Shown: positions 1 to 13,623, counted from the first letter of the stretch. The stretch: 64,000 bases of DNA from Eledone cirrhosa (GCA_964016885.1 OZ024741.1:395312001-395376000), one strand, 5' to 3'. Notes: generated from the letters alone by a model not told the origin. Numbers and translations: made by a program.

Positions 1-133
1 TATACACAGAAATATCCACGGTTTATTGTGGGTCTAGTCTGCATGAAGAACTCAATGTAATCCATATGTTGAAAATGTAGGTTAAAATAAATCCCAGAAA
101 ACAATAAAACATCAAAAGGAAAACAGAGTCATG

Positions 134-491
134 ATATAAGTTAAAACAATGAAATAAAAATTCAAGTCATTAGAAATATATTTCGCTGTTTTACGATCGT
201 TTCTAGGTGATAATAATACATCGTACGCATATTTCGTTATCGATCTATATAAGGTTAGTTACAAAATATCAAATAAGGAATATATTTACCTACGTGTATA
301 TCATCAGCCGTTATCAAAAGCAATGATGATATACACGTTGGTAAATATATTCCTTATTTGATATTTTGTAACTAACCTTACATAGATCGATAACGAAATA
401 TGCGTACGATGTATTATTATCACCGAGAAACGATCGTAAAGCAGCGAAATATATTCCTAATGACTTGAATTTTTATTTCATTGTTTTAACT

Positions 492-496
<5 letters not shown>
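134..496. repeat. Long inverted repeat (about 172-bp arms, about 17-bp spacer), probable Penelope-like pseudo-LTR fold-back
   Basis: 134-306 is the near-perfect reverse complement of 324-496; the right arm runs into a TA array. The PLE origin is inferred from similar palindromes elsewhere in the window. Confidence 0.85.
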
Positions 497-522
<26 letters not shown>

Positions 523-551
523 GTATATGTGTATATGTATAAATATATATG

Positions 552-628
<77 letters not shown>

Positions 629-634
629 ATATAT

Positions 635-2068
635 ATCATCATCATCGTTTAACATATCTTCCATGCTAGCATGGGTTTAGACGGGAGTTGCCCTACTTGA
701 GGCAAGAATGGTCGGGTGACCATGTCTTGCTCGTATAGGACTATCTGGCAGGTTTTCTACGGCTGGATGCCCTTCCTAACACCAACCACGTTTACAGTGT
801 GGACTGGGAGGTTTTTACCGTGTTACCTACACGGCCACATTACAGCGTGGACTGTGTGTTTTTTTGTCGTGACACCTACACGATCTCATTTATTTTGGAC
901 TGGATGTTGTGGTACCAACATAACTTTACGGAGAAAGGGTGGTTTTGGTGGGAGTGGGGGTGGGATAGTAAGGGTAGTGAGATGGGGGTATATATTTGGT
1001 TAAGAGGTGCCTACTGACTGTAGGTTTCGCTTTGTACATAGGCAAGGTGGGTCTTCTATATTACTGCATAGCACCAAAGATCTCGATCCAGTGACATTGT
1101 CTTAGAGAGGTGTAATGTCGGAATTTATCAAATCGTCCCAGGTTTTTCTGGGTCTACCTACTCCATAACTTCCATCAATTTTGATCGCCCTGCACATTTT
1201 ATACAGCTGTCGTCTTTCATGCGCATCATGTGACCATACCAACGTAGTCTTCTCTCGAGTAAACAGCATCTGATCCCTCTTATTCCTAATTTCTCACTTA
1301 GTTCATTTATGCTTTGCCATTCGCGTATATTACTATAACACATCCAACGGAGCATGGATGCTTCGTTCCACTCCAGTCTGTGCAGATCCTCTGCACACAA
1401 TGCCCATGTCTCACTGCCATGTAACATTGTTGTTCGTATACAGGCATCATAAAATCTGCCTTTCATTTTTAGAGAGAAACCTTTAGTGGCCAATAGTGGT
1501 TTTAGCTCTCTGAACTTTTTCTATCCCATTCTGACTCTGGCTACTGTACTTTCAGAACACACTCCACCACTGCTGATTTTGTCACCTAGGTAACAGAAAG
1601 TGACCACTATTTCTATAGAACCATCTGGGCAATAGAAGGAGCTAGTATCCTGTGGGCACTTGCTGCTACTTATTGCACCAGAGCATCGGCCAGATATAAA
1701 ATCTATGTTCTTAGTTAGCTTACCTGTGATCCCACTACATCTTTTATGTACCCATAGTTTGCATTTGGGACATAAAATGGAATTTCTGCCTACTCCTTTC
1801 GTACACACTGAGCATGGCCATTTCCCAGAGGGTACCTGTACCCTATTTTCCTTTCTACATACTAGAACTTTAGTCTTAGACAAGTTAACTTTAAGGCCTT
1901 TTGATTCTAGGCCATGCTTCCATGTTTGGAATTTCTTCTCTAGTTCAGCCATCGATTCAGCTATGAAAGTTAGATCATCTGCGTATAGAAGTTCCCATGG
2001 GCAGCCGGTCTTAAACTCCTCTGTTATAGCCTGAAGAGCAATAATAAATAGGAGGGGGCTAAGGACAT
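635..2068 (-). mobile_element. RTE-clade LINE, 5'-truncated, decayed (subfamily A-like)
   Basis: RT motifs VLSPLLF, LLYADD, FCYLG, LRWYGH; 3' UTR shared with other copies; (GAT)n tail abutting TA/TG repeat. Confidence 0.93.
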
Positions 2069-2125
2069 AATATACATGTATATATAAATATATAAACAAA
2101 TAAATAAATAGTATTCCTTCGTTAT

Positions 2126-2156
<31 letters not shown>

Positions 2157-3457
2157 TATCATCATCACCATTTTACGTCCGCTTTTCCCTGCTTGCAAGG
2201 GTGGGACGGGTCCTATTCAGCACAGCATCTCTCCCCTTGTCACAGTCCTTCGTCATCTACTCCGTGAGCTTCAGTGATCTGAGATCTGCTCTCATCACCT
2301 CCGCCCATGTTTTCGTGGTCTTCCTTCAACTGGCATTTCTTGGCACTTCTTCACCCACCGGTCATCCTCCATGCGCATCACATGTCCATACCATCGCAGT
2401 CTCCTCTCCCGCACACTACAATTTATCCCTCTCAGACACAGTTTCTCTCTCAACACATCCATGCTTGGCCGTTCACACACATTGACATTGCACATCCAAC
2501 GGAGCAGGCTTGCCTCATTTCTCTCCAGCCGTTGCATATCCGCTGCAGTTGCTGCCCATGTCTCACTACCATGCAGCATCGCGCACCTCACACAGGCATC
2601 ATATAACCGGCATTTCATACACAGGGAGAAACCCTTCTTCGTCAGCAGAGGAAGCAGCTTCCTAAACTTCTTCCAACCCGTCCTTATTCTAGATACTATG
2701 GCCTTCGATCACCTAGGTATTGGAAGCTATCAACCACTTCTATAGCACCCGCCTGCATTTGAAAAATGTGTCTATCAAAGTGACTTCTACTGTCAAATTT
2801 CCCTGTACATCTACTGCATACGTATTTCTCCCTACCTGTTAGTTTGCCTGCTATCCCACTACATCTCTTGTGTACCAAAGATTTGCATTGCGTACATTTT
2901 ATGGAATGTATGCCAGTTCCTTTTCTACATATCGAACATGGCCATTTCCCTGATGGAATCAGAGTATTGTGCCCTCTTCTACTTAACAACACCTTTGTCT
3001 TAGCTAGGTTCACTCTCAGTCCTCTTGATTCCAGCTACTGTTTCTATAGCCAGAATTTATTCTCTAGCTCCTCTGATTCTGCTATAAGAACCAGATCATC
3101 AGCATAGAGAAGCACCCATGGGCATCCAGTCTTAAACTCCTCTGTTATGGCTTGGAGGACTATAATGAACATTCCATTCCTACCCTGACTTTACTGACAG
3201 CACCTCTGTACAAAGCTTGCATTGTCCTCACAAGACATTCCTCAACACCTAGCTTCCTTAGAGACCACCAGATGACAAATCGGGGTACCCTATCAAAGGC
3301 CTTCTCTAGGTCAACAAAAGCTAAGTATAGTGGCTTATTTTTCTCTAAGAACCTCTCTTGTAATTGTCTCACTAAGAAGAGGGCATCTGTTGTACTTTTC
3401 TCAGGCACAAAACCAAACTGCATCTTATCTAGTTTGACCCTTTCTCTAATTAGTTGC

Positions 3458-3738
3458 TGTTGTATGGACTGGGAATCTAACTCACAACCTCATTGTTGTA
3501 TGGACTGTTAAATTCGTGTTATTCAATTTGCACGTGCTCACACATTTGCATATGAATCACGTGACCTGGACAGTCAGTCAGCGTTGGTATTAAAAACTCG
3601 GTCACAGACTGCTGCTGTGACTTACTTTATGTTATTCTGCTACTGTGAGGAGGGGCGTTTTGGTTGTTTCGTACAATACACAAATTATTTGATATAACTC
3701 GTTGTGTTTTCTCTGCGAGTACCGAGAGGAATACAACA
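3458..3738 (+). repeat. 5' LTR
   Basis: Direct repeat of 8086-8366; about 6 substitutions counted by eye. Confidence 0.97.
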
Positions 3739-3823
3739 GAGTTTATCGGCGTCGCCGATAGGATTTACCTACATTGCCGATAGGATTTACCTACATTGCC
3801 GGGAAATTGTTTATCATAAAAAC

Positions 3824-6800
3824 ATGGCGGAACAACAAACAGCGGAGCTAATAAAGTTGTTTAGAGAACAGATGGAACAACAAATGCAACAACACAAGAA
3901 AGATATGAACACTCTGATAAAACTGTTTGGTGCTCGAGATTCTGAACAACAGAGTTTATTGGCGTCGCCAGTTGCTTCGACACCAACAGCATTCATCCCA
4001 CCATTTGCTGCTTTTGATTCAACAACAGAACTATGGCCTGATTACTGGTCAAGATTCTGCATGTTTGTGGCTGCTAACGCTGTACCCGAGCAACGCATGG
4101 CACAAGTGTTCCTGACTAATCAGACGGCTGCTATCTACAAACAACTTGCAAATCTGGCTGCTCAACAAAATCCGCCTAAGGATATCAACAAGTTGACAAT
4201 GGACGAAATGGTTGACTTCATGAAAGAACAGTTCGACCCAAAACTTTTCATTGTGAGAGAACGTTTCAAGTTCTGGAGTGACATGCAACGGAAGCCAGGC
4301 GAAACTCTCCAGGAGCTGGCAGCACGTATACGTCAGGATGCAGCTACCTGTGATTTTCCTTCGATCACAAATCCACAAGATGAAGCTCTAAGACAGAGAT
4401 TTATATGTTCTGTCAATAATGAAGCTGTGTTGAAGGCTATTTTCAAGATCAAGGATACAGAACTAGATTTCGCCCGTGCTGTCCAAGTTGCCATCGGGAC
4501 CGAAGACGCAGCAAAGGTTGCCAAGGAAACTGTTTACGGTTCCAAAACCAAGCAAGTCTACAAGGTCCAGCAGAACAAGAACAAGGGTCCTCGAAAGAAC
4601 CATCAGCAGTCTTATTCCACAGACCAGGAGATGTGCTACCGATGTGGAAAGGCCCACAAAGCGACAGACTGCTCCTTCAAAGAAGCCAAATGTCATTTTT
4701 GTGACAAAAAGGGACATTTGCAAGCGGTGTGTAGAAAGAAACAACATCAGCAACGTAATCATCGCTCACAGAATTACGTGAAAAGAATCACGAAAGCTGA
4801 GCTAGTCAAGGCGATCCTTGGTGAAGTTCCCCACGATACTCATAGTTTGAATGTGCCAATAACAATCCAGAACAGACTTTTCACAATGGAATTGGACACA
4901 GCTACTACAGGCAATTTTGTTTCCTTGTCAGTTTGGAAACAATTAGGAAAACCGAAGCTGCAAGATGTCAAACATTGGTTTGAATCTGCCAGCAAGCACG
5001 ACCTGCCCGTTCTGGGAACTTTCATGGGCCAAACCAAGGATCCAACGACCGGTAAACGGAATTCAATACCCTACATCGTCACCAAGATCCCTGATCTTAA
5101 TTTGCTGGGTCGAAACGCTATCCAGACTCTGGGAATTTCCGTGGACAATGCTCTAGGATTGAAAAGCATAGACAGCCAGGCCAAGAGTGAGGGTGCAGAA
5201 GTGATGCATCCAAAGACCTCAAATGAGCCCTATATTTCCATGCAACGAGATTGTCACAACATGTGTGATGAATTCCCAAATCTCTTCAAGCAAGAATTGG
5301 GATGTCTTAATAACTTCGAACTGGAAGTGAAGTTCAAGTCGGACGCGACACCGGTCTTTCACAAGGCACGCCCGGTCCCGTTTGCTCTTCGTGATGACCT
5401 GGCCAAAGGTTACGAAGAAGGCATCGCCAAAGGAATCTGGAAGCCAGTACAGTTCAACGAATACGGAACGCCAGTGGTACCGATTCGTAAAGCACATACT
5501 TCAGGCAACCTGAAGCCCAAACTACGGATTTTTGGTGACTACTCTGTGGGAATTAATGACCAACTTGCAGATCATCGTCATCCAATGCCACTCCCAGAGG
5601 AACTGATGCAGAAGCTCGGAGGTGGATTCGGATACACAAAGATTGATTTTGCTGATGCCTATAATCAGATCAAGCTGGCTCCAGAAAGTCAACGCAGGCT
5701 TGCACTCAGCACTCACCGTGGGGTGCTCCTGCAGGAACGACTCCCTTTCGAAATCAAGTCAGCACCTGGTTACTTTCAGGAGATCATGGAAAACCTGACT
5801 CAAGATCTACCTGGTGTGGCCGTCTTCCAGGACGACATGCTCGTCAGTGGGAAAGATGCAAACGATCACCTGAACAACCTAAAGTGTCTGCTCACACGTC
5901 TGTGCGACAAAGGACTCAGATGTCGCTGTGACAAGTGCCAGTTTGCACTACCCAGAGTGGAATACCTTGGACACACCTTGTCGGCTGAAGGGATCGCGAA
6001 GGGATCCAAGGTCGAAGCAGTTTTAAAGATGCCACCTCCAACGAACGTCTCAAGCTTGAAGTCTTTCCTGGGTTCAGTTCAGTTCTATGGAAAGTTTATC
6101 CCAAACCTGGCCAGCATGGCAGAGCCACTCTATTGCCTTACGAAAAAAACGACTACTTGGAAGTGGGGAGATGAAGAACAGTCAGCTTTCGATCAGTTGA
6201 AAAATGTGCTTTCATCGGATCGAGTTCTGATACACTTCGATCCAAACAAAACTTTGGGACTGGCTTGCGACGCGTCAAACGTTGGTATTGGAGCAGTCCT
6301 GTTTCATCGCTATCCTGATGGAAGCGAGCGCCCAATATCCAATGTGTCCAAGACTCTTACTTCTGTCCAGCGTAACTACGGCCAAATTCAAAAGGAAGCC
6401 CTGGCCATCATATTTGGCTTGCAGAAGTTCTATCAGTATCTGTACGGACATCAGTTTATACTCGTAACTGACCACAAGCCACTGACATCACTGTTCAGTC
6501 CGAGGAAAGGGACTCCACTTCTCGCTGCTAACCGACTAGCACGGTGGGCCCTGTGGCTGCACCATCTAATATCGGAAAACAGCGGATCATGGCAATGCAG
6601 ATGCCCTCAGTCGCTTGCCATTTGGTAATGACATCGACTTTGACAGGAAGGAAAATGGTGAAGACATGGACATGGTGGGCGCCATCAAAGCTCTCAGTCT
6701 TCAAGTCCAACCTATCGATGCTAACGTCCTCCTTCAAGAGTCAGGGAAAGATCCAGTGATATCTACAGTGATACGCTACGTCCGTGAAGGCTGGCCACCA

Positions 6801-8048
6801 AAGAATACTGAGATCAATGACGAAGTCAATAAGTTCCGGAAGTTATCGGATTCACCCAGTATCTGCCACGGATGCCTTATCCATGGATCGAGAGTTGTGA
6901 TTCCACATAGCTTACAGCCAAAGATCCTCAATCTTCTGCATCTCGGACACTTTGGCATGGAGCGCATGAAACAATTGGCAAGAACTGCTGTTTATTGGCC
7001 TGGTATCGATGCTGCTATAGAGAAAACCATTTGACAATGTGATTCGTGTGGTGAACAACAAAACCAGCCATCCAAGTCTCCAGTTCACCCATGGATGTTA
7101 CCTGAAAAGCCGTGGAGTCGCTTACACCTGGGCCACGCAATAAATTTCATGGGCAGTAATTGGTTGGTGATCACGGATGCTTATTCCAAGTATCCATGCA
7201 TTCATCCTATGTCATCCACGTCCTCCAGAGCCACTTTAGATCTGCTTGAAGAAGACTTTGCGCACTTCGGATTTCCTCACACGCTAGTCACCGATAACGC
7301 ACCAACTTTTATTTCTGAGGAGTTCCAGAGCTGGTGCAAAGAACGTGGGATCACGCACCTGACAGGGGCACCTTACCACCCAGCTACCAACGGAGCAGCT
7401 GAACGTTTGGCGCAGACCTTCAAACAAGCTCTGAGGAAGACTTCTCTTCCGCCGAAGCGAGCACTTCAAGAGTTCTTGATACAGTACCGGAGAACACCGA
7501 CATCCAGTGGATTCTCTCCGAGTGAACTTTTGAATCACCGGCAGATACGGACAAGGATTGATTCTCTGCTGCCCTCGCCAGCACACATCGCTCAAGGCAA
7601 GCAGTCTAAGGAAGCATATAAGTCTCAGATGACTCCGGACTCGGCAGGTGTCGCTAAGGTTACCAGGCAGTACAAGGCTGGAGATCATGCGTATGCACTG
7701 TACTACGGACCTCGCCGAGACAAAGATCCCCGATGGGTACCAGCAATCATTAAGAAGTCATTGGGTACTCGTTGCTTCAACGTTAAGGCCATACCTCATG
7801 GCCCGGTGTGGAGACGACACTGGGAACAGCTGCAACCGCGGTACAATACTGAGGAAGACAATGAACCTGGTGATGCAGTAGACACTGTTTTTGAATTTGC
7901 AACAGATCACCCGATGGAGATCTCGGAAATCGTGCCACTAACTCCAAGACAGACCAGAACCAAGACTTTGTTGCCCGTTCCAGAGTATGGACTAGACAAT
8001 CGAAGACGGGCCAAGAGAACTCGTAAACCCCCAGAGAGACTTTGCTGA
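3824..8048 (+). pseudogene. Gypsy gag-pol polyprotein, disrupted (frameshift near 6560, TGA at 7032-7034)
   Basis: CYRCGKAHKATDC and CHFCDKKGHLQAVC knuckles; LDTA protease site; RT FQDD; RNase H CDAS/EALAI/TDHKPL; integrase HLGH..CxxC, TDNAP, NGAAER. Confidence 0.93.
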
Positions 8049-8085
8049 TGATGCTTCTTTTGTCGCATCAATTTCGGTGGGGAGG

Positions 8086-8366
8086 TGTTGTATGGACTGG
8101 GAATCTAACTCACAACCTCATTGTTGTATGGACTGTTAAATTCGTTTTATTCAATTTACACGTGCTCACACATTTGCATATGAATCACGTGACCTGGGCA
8201 GTCAGTCAGCCTTGGTATTAAAAACTCGGTCATAGACTGCTGCTGTGACTTACTTTATGTTATTCTGCTCCTGTGAGGAGGGGCGTTTTGGTTGTTTCGT
8301 ACAATACACAAATTATTTGATATAACTCGTTGTGTTTTCTCTGCGAGTACCGAGAGGAATACAACA
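8086..8366 (+). repeat. 3' LTR
   Basis: Direct repeat of 3458-3738, preceded by PPT and followed by the TSD. Confidence 0.97.
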
Positions 8367-10030
8367 GTTGCGCTAATATCCTTTCTGCCACATTCATAAC
8401 CTGATCCATCAGTTTTATGCCCCTACAACTGCTCTTCTCTAGAGCATCTCCTTTACCTTTGTAGCAATTTATGAGAATACTGCTGCACCAGTCTTTGGGT
8501 ATGACACCGCCATATATAACCTGCTTGATGATGCATGCAACCAGTTTAGGGCCTACGTCCCCTGATGCATTCAGCATCTCAGCAACTATCCCCAACGGTA
8601 CAGTGGCCTTACCATTTTTCCTTTCCTTAATCGCCTCTTGGACCCTATATTCGTCAATCTCAACAGCTGGTTCCTCTGTCGGGTCTACTGGAGGTAATTT
8701 CTCTCTGTCCCATTCGTTTTCCACATTCATCAGTCTCTCATCATGACATTTCCAGGCCTCCTTTTTCTGATCATTCATGACACTAAGTACACCGGCATCA
8801 TTCCGGACACATTTATCTCCAACAACATCCTGATTTTCACTGACACACTGCCTTGCAATGCGGAACACCGTACGCCTCTGATCTTCTCATCACAGAACAT
8901 TAGCAAACCTCCTACTCTCAGCCTCCCTGCGTGCTAAGTACACTTGATGTCTAGCTTCTCTCTTAGCGGCTGTGTATCCTTCTCTACTCCCACCGTTTTT
9001 CCAAGCCTTCCATGCTAGTCTTTTGTCTCTAATGGCCCTATCTACCGTGCTGTTCCACCACCAGGTCACTCTCTGTCTGGTTGAAGCTCTGCTCCAGCCA
9101 CAAGTTTCTTCAGTAGCCTGCAGTAAGTTGTCACGTAAGAAATTCCAGTTATCATCTATGTCATACTACTCTAAATCGTCTTCTTTTTCGTCATACACAT
9201 CTTGAAGGGCTTTCCTAAATTTGTATTTTAGTGAAAGGTCTTTTAACTTCCAGACCTTTCTTCTCCACACCTTCCTGTATGTCTCATTCCGTCTCTTGCT
9301 TACTGAGATATCACTAATGACTAAGCTATGCTGTCTCCCTGCCTAACTAGCAAGAAGTCAATCTGGTTTATGTGCTCGCCTGATTTGTAGGTTATTAGAT
9401 GGTTGGCAGATTTCTGGAAGTTAGTGTTGCAAATAATTAGTGCACTTGCATCACAAAATTCAAGAAGCCTCACTCCTTCTTCATTTCTTGATCCATAACC
9501 GTGCCCACCATGTAACCCAGTGTAACAATCCTGGAGCTGTCCAACATGACCATTGAAGTCCCCTGTTAGCATAACGATGTCTCCGTCCTCTGTCATTGTG
9601 GCTGTTTGTAAAAGTTGCTCGTAAAAGCAGTCTTTCTCTTCTTTACCTAGGCCTGCATGGGGAGCATAGGCAGAGATGATTGTCAGTAGTCTCATGCCTA
9701 CAAGTAATCTAAGCTTAATTATTCTATTACTAACTCGAACTACCACTATTGTATATCGATCCACCTCTCAGCCAGGAAAATGCCTACTCCCCCTAACCCA
9801 TCATCATTACCCATCAAGAAAAGCTTATAACTAAGATGTTTGCTCGCGGTTAGTCTTGCAGAGGCACCTCCTGCACGAAGCACACTTCCACATGCCTTCT
9901 CTCCAGCATCTCCACTATTTCACTATTTGAGAGTGCCAACATTAAGTTTTGCAACTCTGAGATGCGACGTCTTCATATTCTTGTTCCTTTTCCTGTTGTG
10001 CGATTGCTTGATGACAGATGTATATATATA

Positions 10031-10832
10031 CTAGCAGCAGGGCCCGGCCTTGCACGGGGTAGGAAATGCATATGCAAAGATTGAGAAATGTAGCTGTGTA
10101 CTTTTTGAATTCACTTATTCTCAGGGAATGATTGTTCATCTACTGGAAATGTAGAACACCAGCAGGCCCGAATCGTGAAACATCTGCATGCATGTGCAAA
10201 ATCTGAAGAAAATCAGCTGCATACTCTTTAAGCGTAGTGAATCTTAGAGTATGATTTTTCTTCTACTTGGAGAAAATCGGTTAGGTACTTTTTGAGTTTT
10301 ATAGATTCGCACCCAGTCATCCAGACAGACATGCATACTGTAGAGAGTAAAGCCTGAAATGCTTGAGTAAGACATGTCATCCAACCACACAGCATGTTGG
10401 GCCTTCCCCACAGGAGACCATAGCCTCTTCGTAAATCTACCCAATCTGATATAGACCGAACTGTTATATCGAATGCCGAATGCTTCGGAGTTACTATTGG
10501 GGTCACCATCAACAATTTCAAGGGATGTATATTTAAGTAGGGATAATATAGTCTGTAAAGAGAGGTAACTCTTTCTAAATACTAAAGTGTTGTCTCTCTT
10601 GAACATTGTAGACAATTTCCGAACTAAATAGCTTAAAGTTTTAGTGAAAAAAATGCCTTTAACAACAGAAAATTGAAAAATAAAAGCTGCAGTTAATATT
10701 TTTAGATCACAAGGAATATATAAATGCAAGTTTGAAGTCAATCGGAGTAGAAATGAGGATTTGTATAAACTTTGCCAAAATTAGGACACACACACACACA
10801 AACAACTTCAGTTTTATATATATATGTATAGA
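10031..10832 (-). mobile_element. Non-autonomous Helitron
   Basis: On the minus strand it starts A|TCTATACATATATATAAAAC followed by a (TG)n run, and ends with the GC hairpin CCCGTGCAAGGCCGGG then CTAG|T; no TSD; inserted in an AT dinucleotide. Confidence 0.8.
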
Positions 10833-10842
10833 TATATATATT

Positions 10843-13191
10843 CAATGTAGAAGAGCACTGGGCGTTCCTAAAAAATAACTGGCGACGGACGGGATCTGTG
10901 GTTGGAGCAAGTCCACAGGGAGGAGGAGAGTGACTTGGTGGTGGAACAATAAGGTAGATGAGGCAGTTAAGGCTAAGAGACAGGCATGGAAAGAATGGAA
11001 GAATGGGGGTAGCAGGGTACATTACATAGAGACCAGGAGGTAAGCTAGGTGACAATTATACTTAGGTAGAAGGGAAGCAGAGGATAAAAAATTCAAGCAT
11101 GTTTTGCAACCTGAGGACAAGAAACAGGAGGTGTTCAAGATTGCGAGGCAGTGTGTCAGAGAGAATTGTGATGTCATTGGAGAGAGGTGTATCTGGAATG
11201 ATAATGGTGAGCTTGCCCTCACAAGTGCCGAGAAGAAAGCTGCGTGGAAGAGCCATTATGAAAGATTACTAAACGAGGAGAATGCATGGGAAAAAGAGAC
11301 CCTACCCCAAGCGGACCCTATAAAGGGGCCAGCAGTACAAGTCAGCAGCAGCGTAGTAAGTAAGGCAATCAAAGATATGAAGACAGTGAAGGCAACCGGT
11401 CCATCGGGTATAGCTGCCGAGATGCTGAAGGCATCTGGGTCTGTAGGTCACACTATAACCACAGGTATTGTTAACCAGGTAATACTAGAAGGTGTCATAC
11501 CAAAGGATTGGTGCAGTAGCATCATTGTCAACTGCTACAAGGGTAAAGGTGATGCACTAGATAGAGGAAACTATAGAGGTATAAAGCTTATGGACCAGGT
11601 CATAAAAGCAACAGAAAGTTATAGCACAGTTGATTAGGGACCGGGTGAAACTAGATGAGATGCAATTTGGGTTTGTACCAGGAAAAGGCACCATTGATGC
11701 CCCCTTCCTTGTGAGGCAGTTACAGGAAAAGAACCTAGCTAAAAGTAAGCCACTCTACCTGGCATTCGTTGATCTGGAAAAAGCCTTTGACACAGTCCCC
11801 CGTGCTATAATCTGGTGGGCTCTTAGAAAATTAGGAGTAGATGAATGGCTTGTGAAAGCTGTACAAGCCATGTATAGGGGAGCAGTCAGCAAAGTTAGAG
11901 TTAGCAATGACTATAGCGAGGAATTTAGCATACAGCTCGGTGTCCACCAGGGCTCTGTTCTTAGCCCTCTCCTATTCATTATAGTTTTGCAGGCAATAAC
12001 GGAGGAGTTTAAGACCGGATGCCCATGGGAACTCGAATATGTGGATGATCTCACACTTATAGCTGAATCTATGGTGGAACTAGAGAGGAAATTCCAAACT
12101 TGGAAGCAGGGACTAGAAAGAAAGGGTCTCAAAGTCAACCTGACAAAGACTAAGGTTCTTGTAAGTAGGCGAGAAAACAGAACCCAGATCCCCTTAGGGA
12201 AATGGCCTTGCTCAGTATGTAGGAAAGGTGTAGGTGGGAACTCTATCCTCTGCCCCAAATGCAAACAATGGGTACACAAGAGATGTAGTGGGATCTCTGG
12301 AACTTAACTAAGAATGTAGGCTTCACATGTAGCAGCTGTGCTGGGACAGCAAGCAGCAAACAGCCACAGGAAACAAGTACCACCAATCTCTGGGAGGGCT
12401 CTGTAGAAAAAGTAGACAGCTTCTGCTACCTAGGTGACCGAATTAGCAGCAGAGGTGGGCGTTCGTAAATACAATAACAAGGGTAAGAATGGGATGGAAA
12501 AAGTTCAGGGAGCTACTGCCACTGCTAGCTGCAAAAGGCTTTTCTCTCAAAATGAAAGGCAGACTGTATGATGCGTGTATACGAACAGCAATGTTACATG
12601 GTAGTGAGTCCTGGGCGCTGTCTGTAGAAGACTTGCGCAGATTAGAAAGAAACGAAGCCTGCATGCTCCAATGGATGTGTAATAGTAATATACGTGAACG
12701 GCAAAGCATAAATGAATTGAGAGAGAGACTGGGCATAAGAGGAATCAAATGCTGTGTGCAGGAGAGGAGGTTGTGTTGGTGTGGACATGTGATGCATATG
12801 ACAGCTGCATAAAAAGGTGCAGAGCACTAGAAGTTAATGGAAGCCGTGGAGTGGGGAGACCCAAGAAGACCTGGGATGAGGTGATAAAAGCCTACCTTAC
12901 CCAATTAAACCTCTCAAAGGCGATGACACACGACCATGACCTCTGGCATCATGCAGTAATACAGAAGACCCGACCCCACACAGGAACCAGCCGAAGCTGA
13001 AGCAAATAGACAATATGTCCCCACCCCCACTGCAAAGTCGAGTGGAGGTGCCAACTGTAGAAATCAAGCCAGAATCAGTTCCTGTATGAGCAAGACAAGG
13101 TCAGCCGACTGGACACTGCCCACAACAGGACAACCCATCTAACCCATGCTAGCGTGGAAGAACGGACGTAAAGCGGTGATGATGATGATGA
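10843..13191 (+). mobile_element. RTE-clade LINE (subfamily C), 5'-truncated, decayed
   Basis: [30 protein letters not shown] motifs across frameshifted ORFs 11104-13000; (GAT)n tail. Confidence 0.93.
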
Positions 13192-13245
13192 TTTTCATAA
13201 GGAAAGTATATACTTTCGAACGTTCAACTATCTGGCAGATGGGTA

Positions 13246-13290
13246 AACGGTGCTGATGATAGCTAACAAGCTTGAAACTAGTACATCGTT
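13246..13290 (+). ncRNA. Minimal type I hammerhead ribozyme (family H1) in a probable PLE pseudo-LTR fragment (13192-13418)
   Basis: AACGGTG-CTGATGA-tAGCTaacaAGCTt-GAAA-CTAG-TA-CATCGTT: 7-bp stem I, intact core, palindromic ACTAGT stem III. Confidence 0.85.
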
Positions 13291-13418
13291 CCTGTGTCAG
13301 TGTTGAACAAAAAGGTGACGTGGTTGCCTTAACACCGTATGGCATAAATTCAGGCTGTTCAGTTTGTTTACAAACGAACAAAGCGGCGTTATAATAAGCG
13401 TCCGTAAACTGATACCTG

Positions 13419-13446
13419 CATATATGTATGTGTACCTGTATGCATG

Positions 13447-13514
<68 letters not shown>

Positions 13515-13564
13515 TGCTACTGTACGTCTGTATACATATATGTATGTACGTATACATGCATACT

Positions 13565-13623
<59 letters not shown>

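Larger units (their letters stand above)
3458..8366 (+). mobile_element. Gypsy/Ty3 LTR retrotransposon, Mag-like, full length
   Basis: Two 281-bp LTRs with TGTTGTAT...ATACAACA ends, GTTGC TSD (3453-3457, 8367-8371), PBS-like sequence after the 5' LTR, PPT GGTGGGGAGG (8076-8085), domain order gag-PR-RT-RH-IN. Mag assignment is inferred from two CCHC knuckles, a single ORF and short LTRs. Confidence 0.96.
2158..10015 (-). mobile_element. RTE-clade LINE (subfamily B), near full length, decayed, split by a Gypsy insertion
   Basis: APE endonuclease motifs (SAYAP, GDFNGH, IDFLL) at 9321-9764; RT pieces at 8372-8868, 3160-3450 and 2295-3013; (GAT)n tail at about 2158; reading ERILAQL-IRERVKLD is restored when the Gypsy and one TSD are removed. 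Confidence 0.92.

Noticed and set aside
8044-8070. CTGATGA at the end of the Gypsy ORF
   Set aside because: It is the ORF stop region; no GAAA or hammerhead stems follow.
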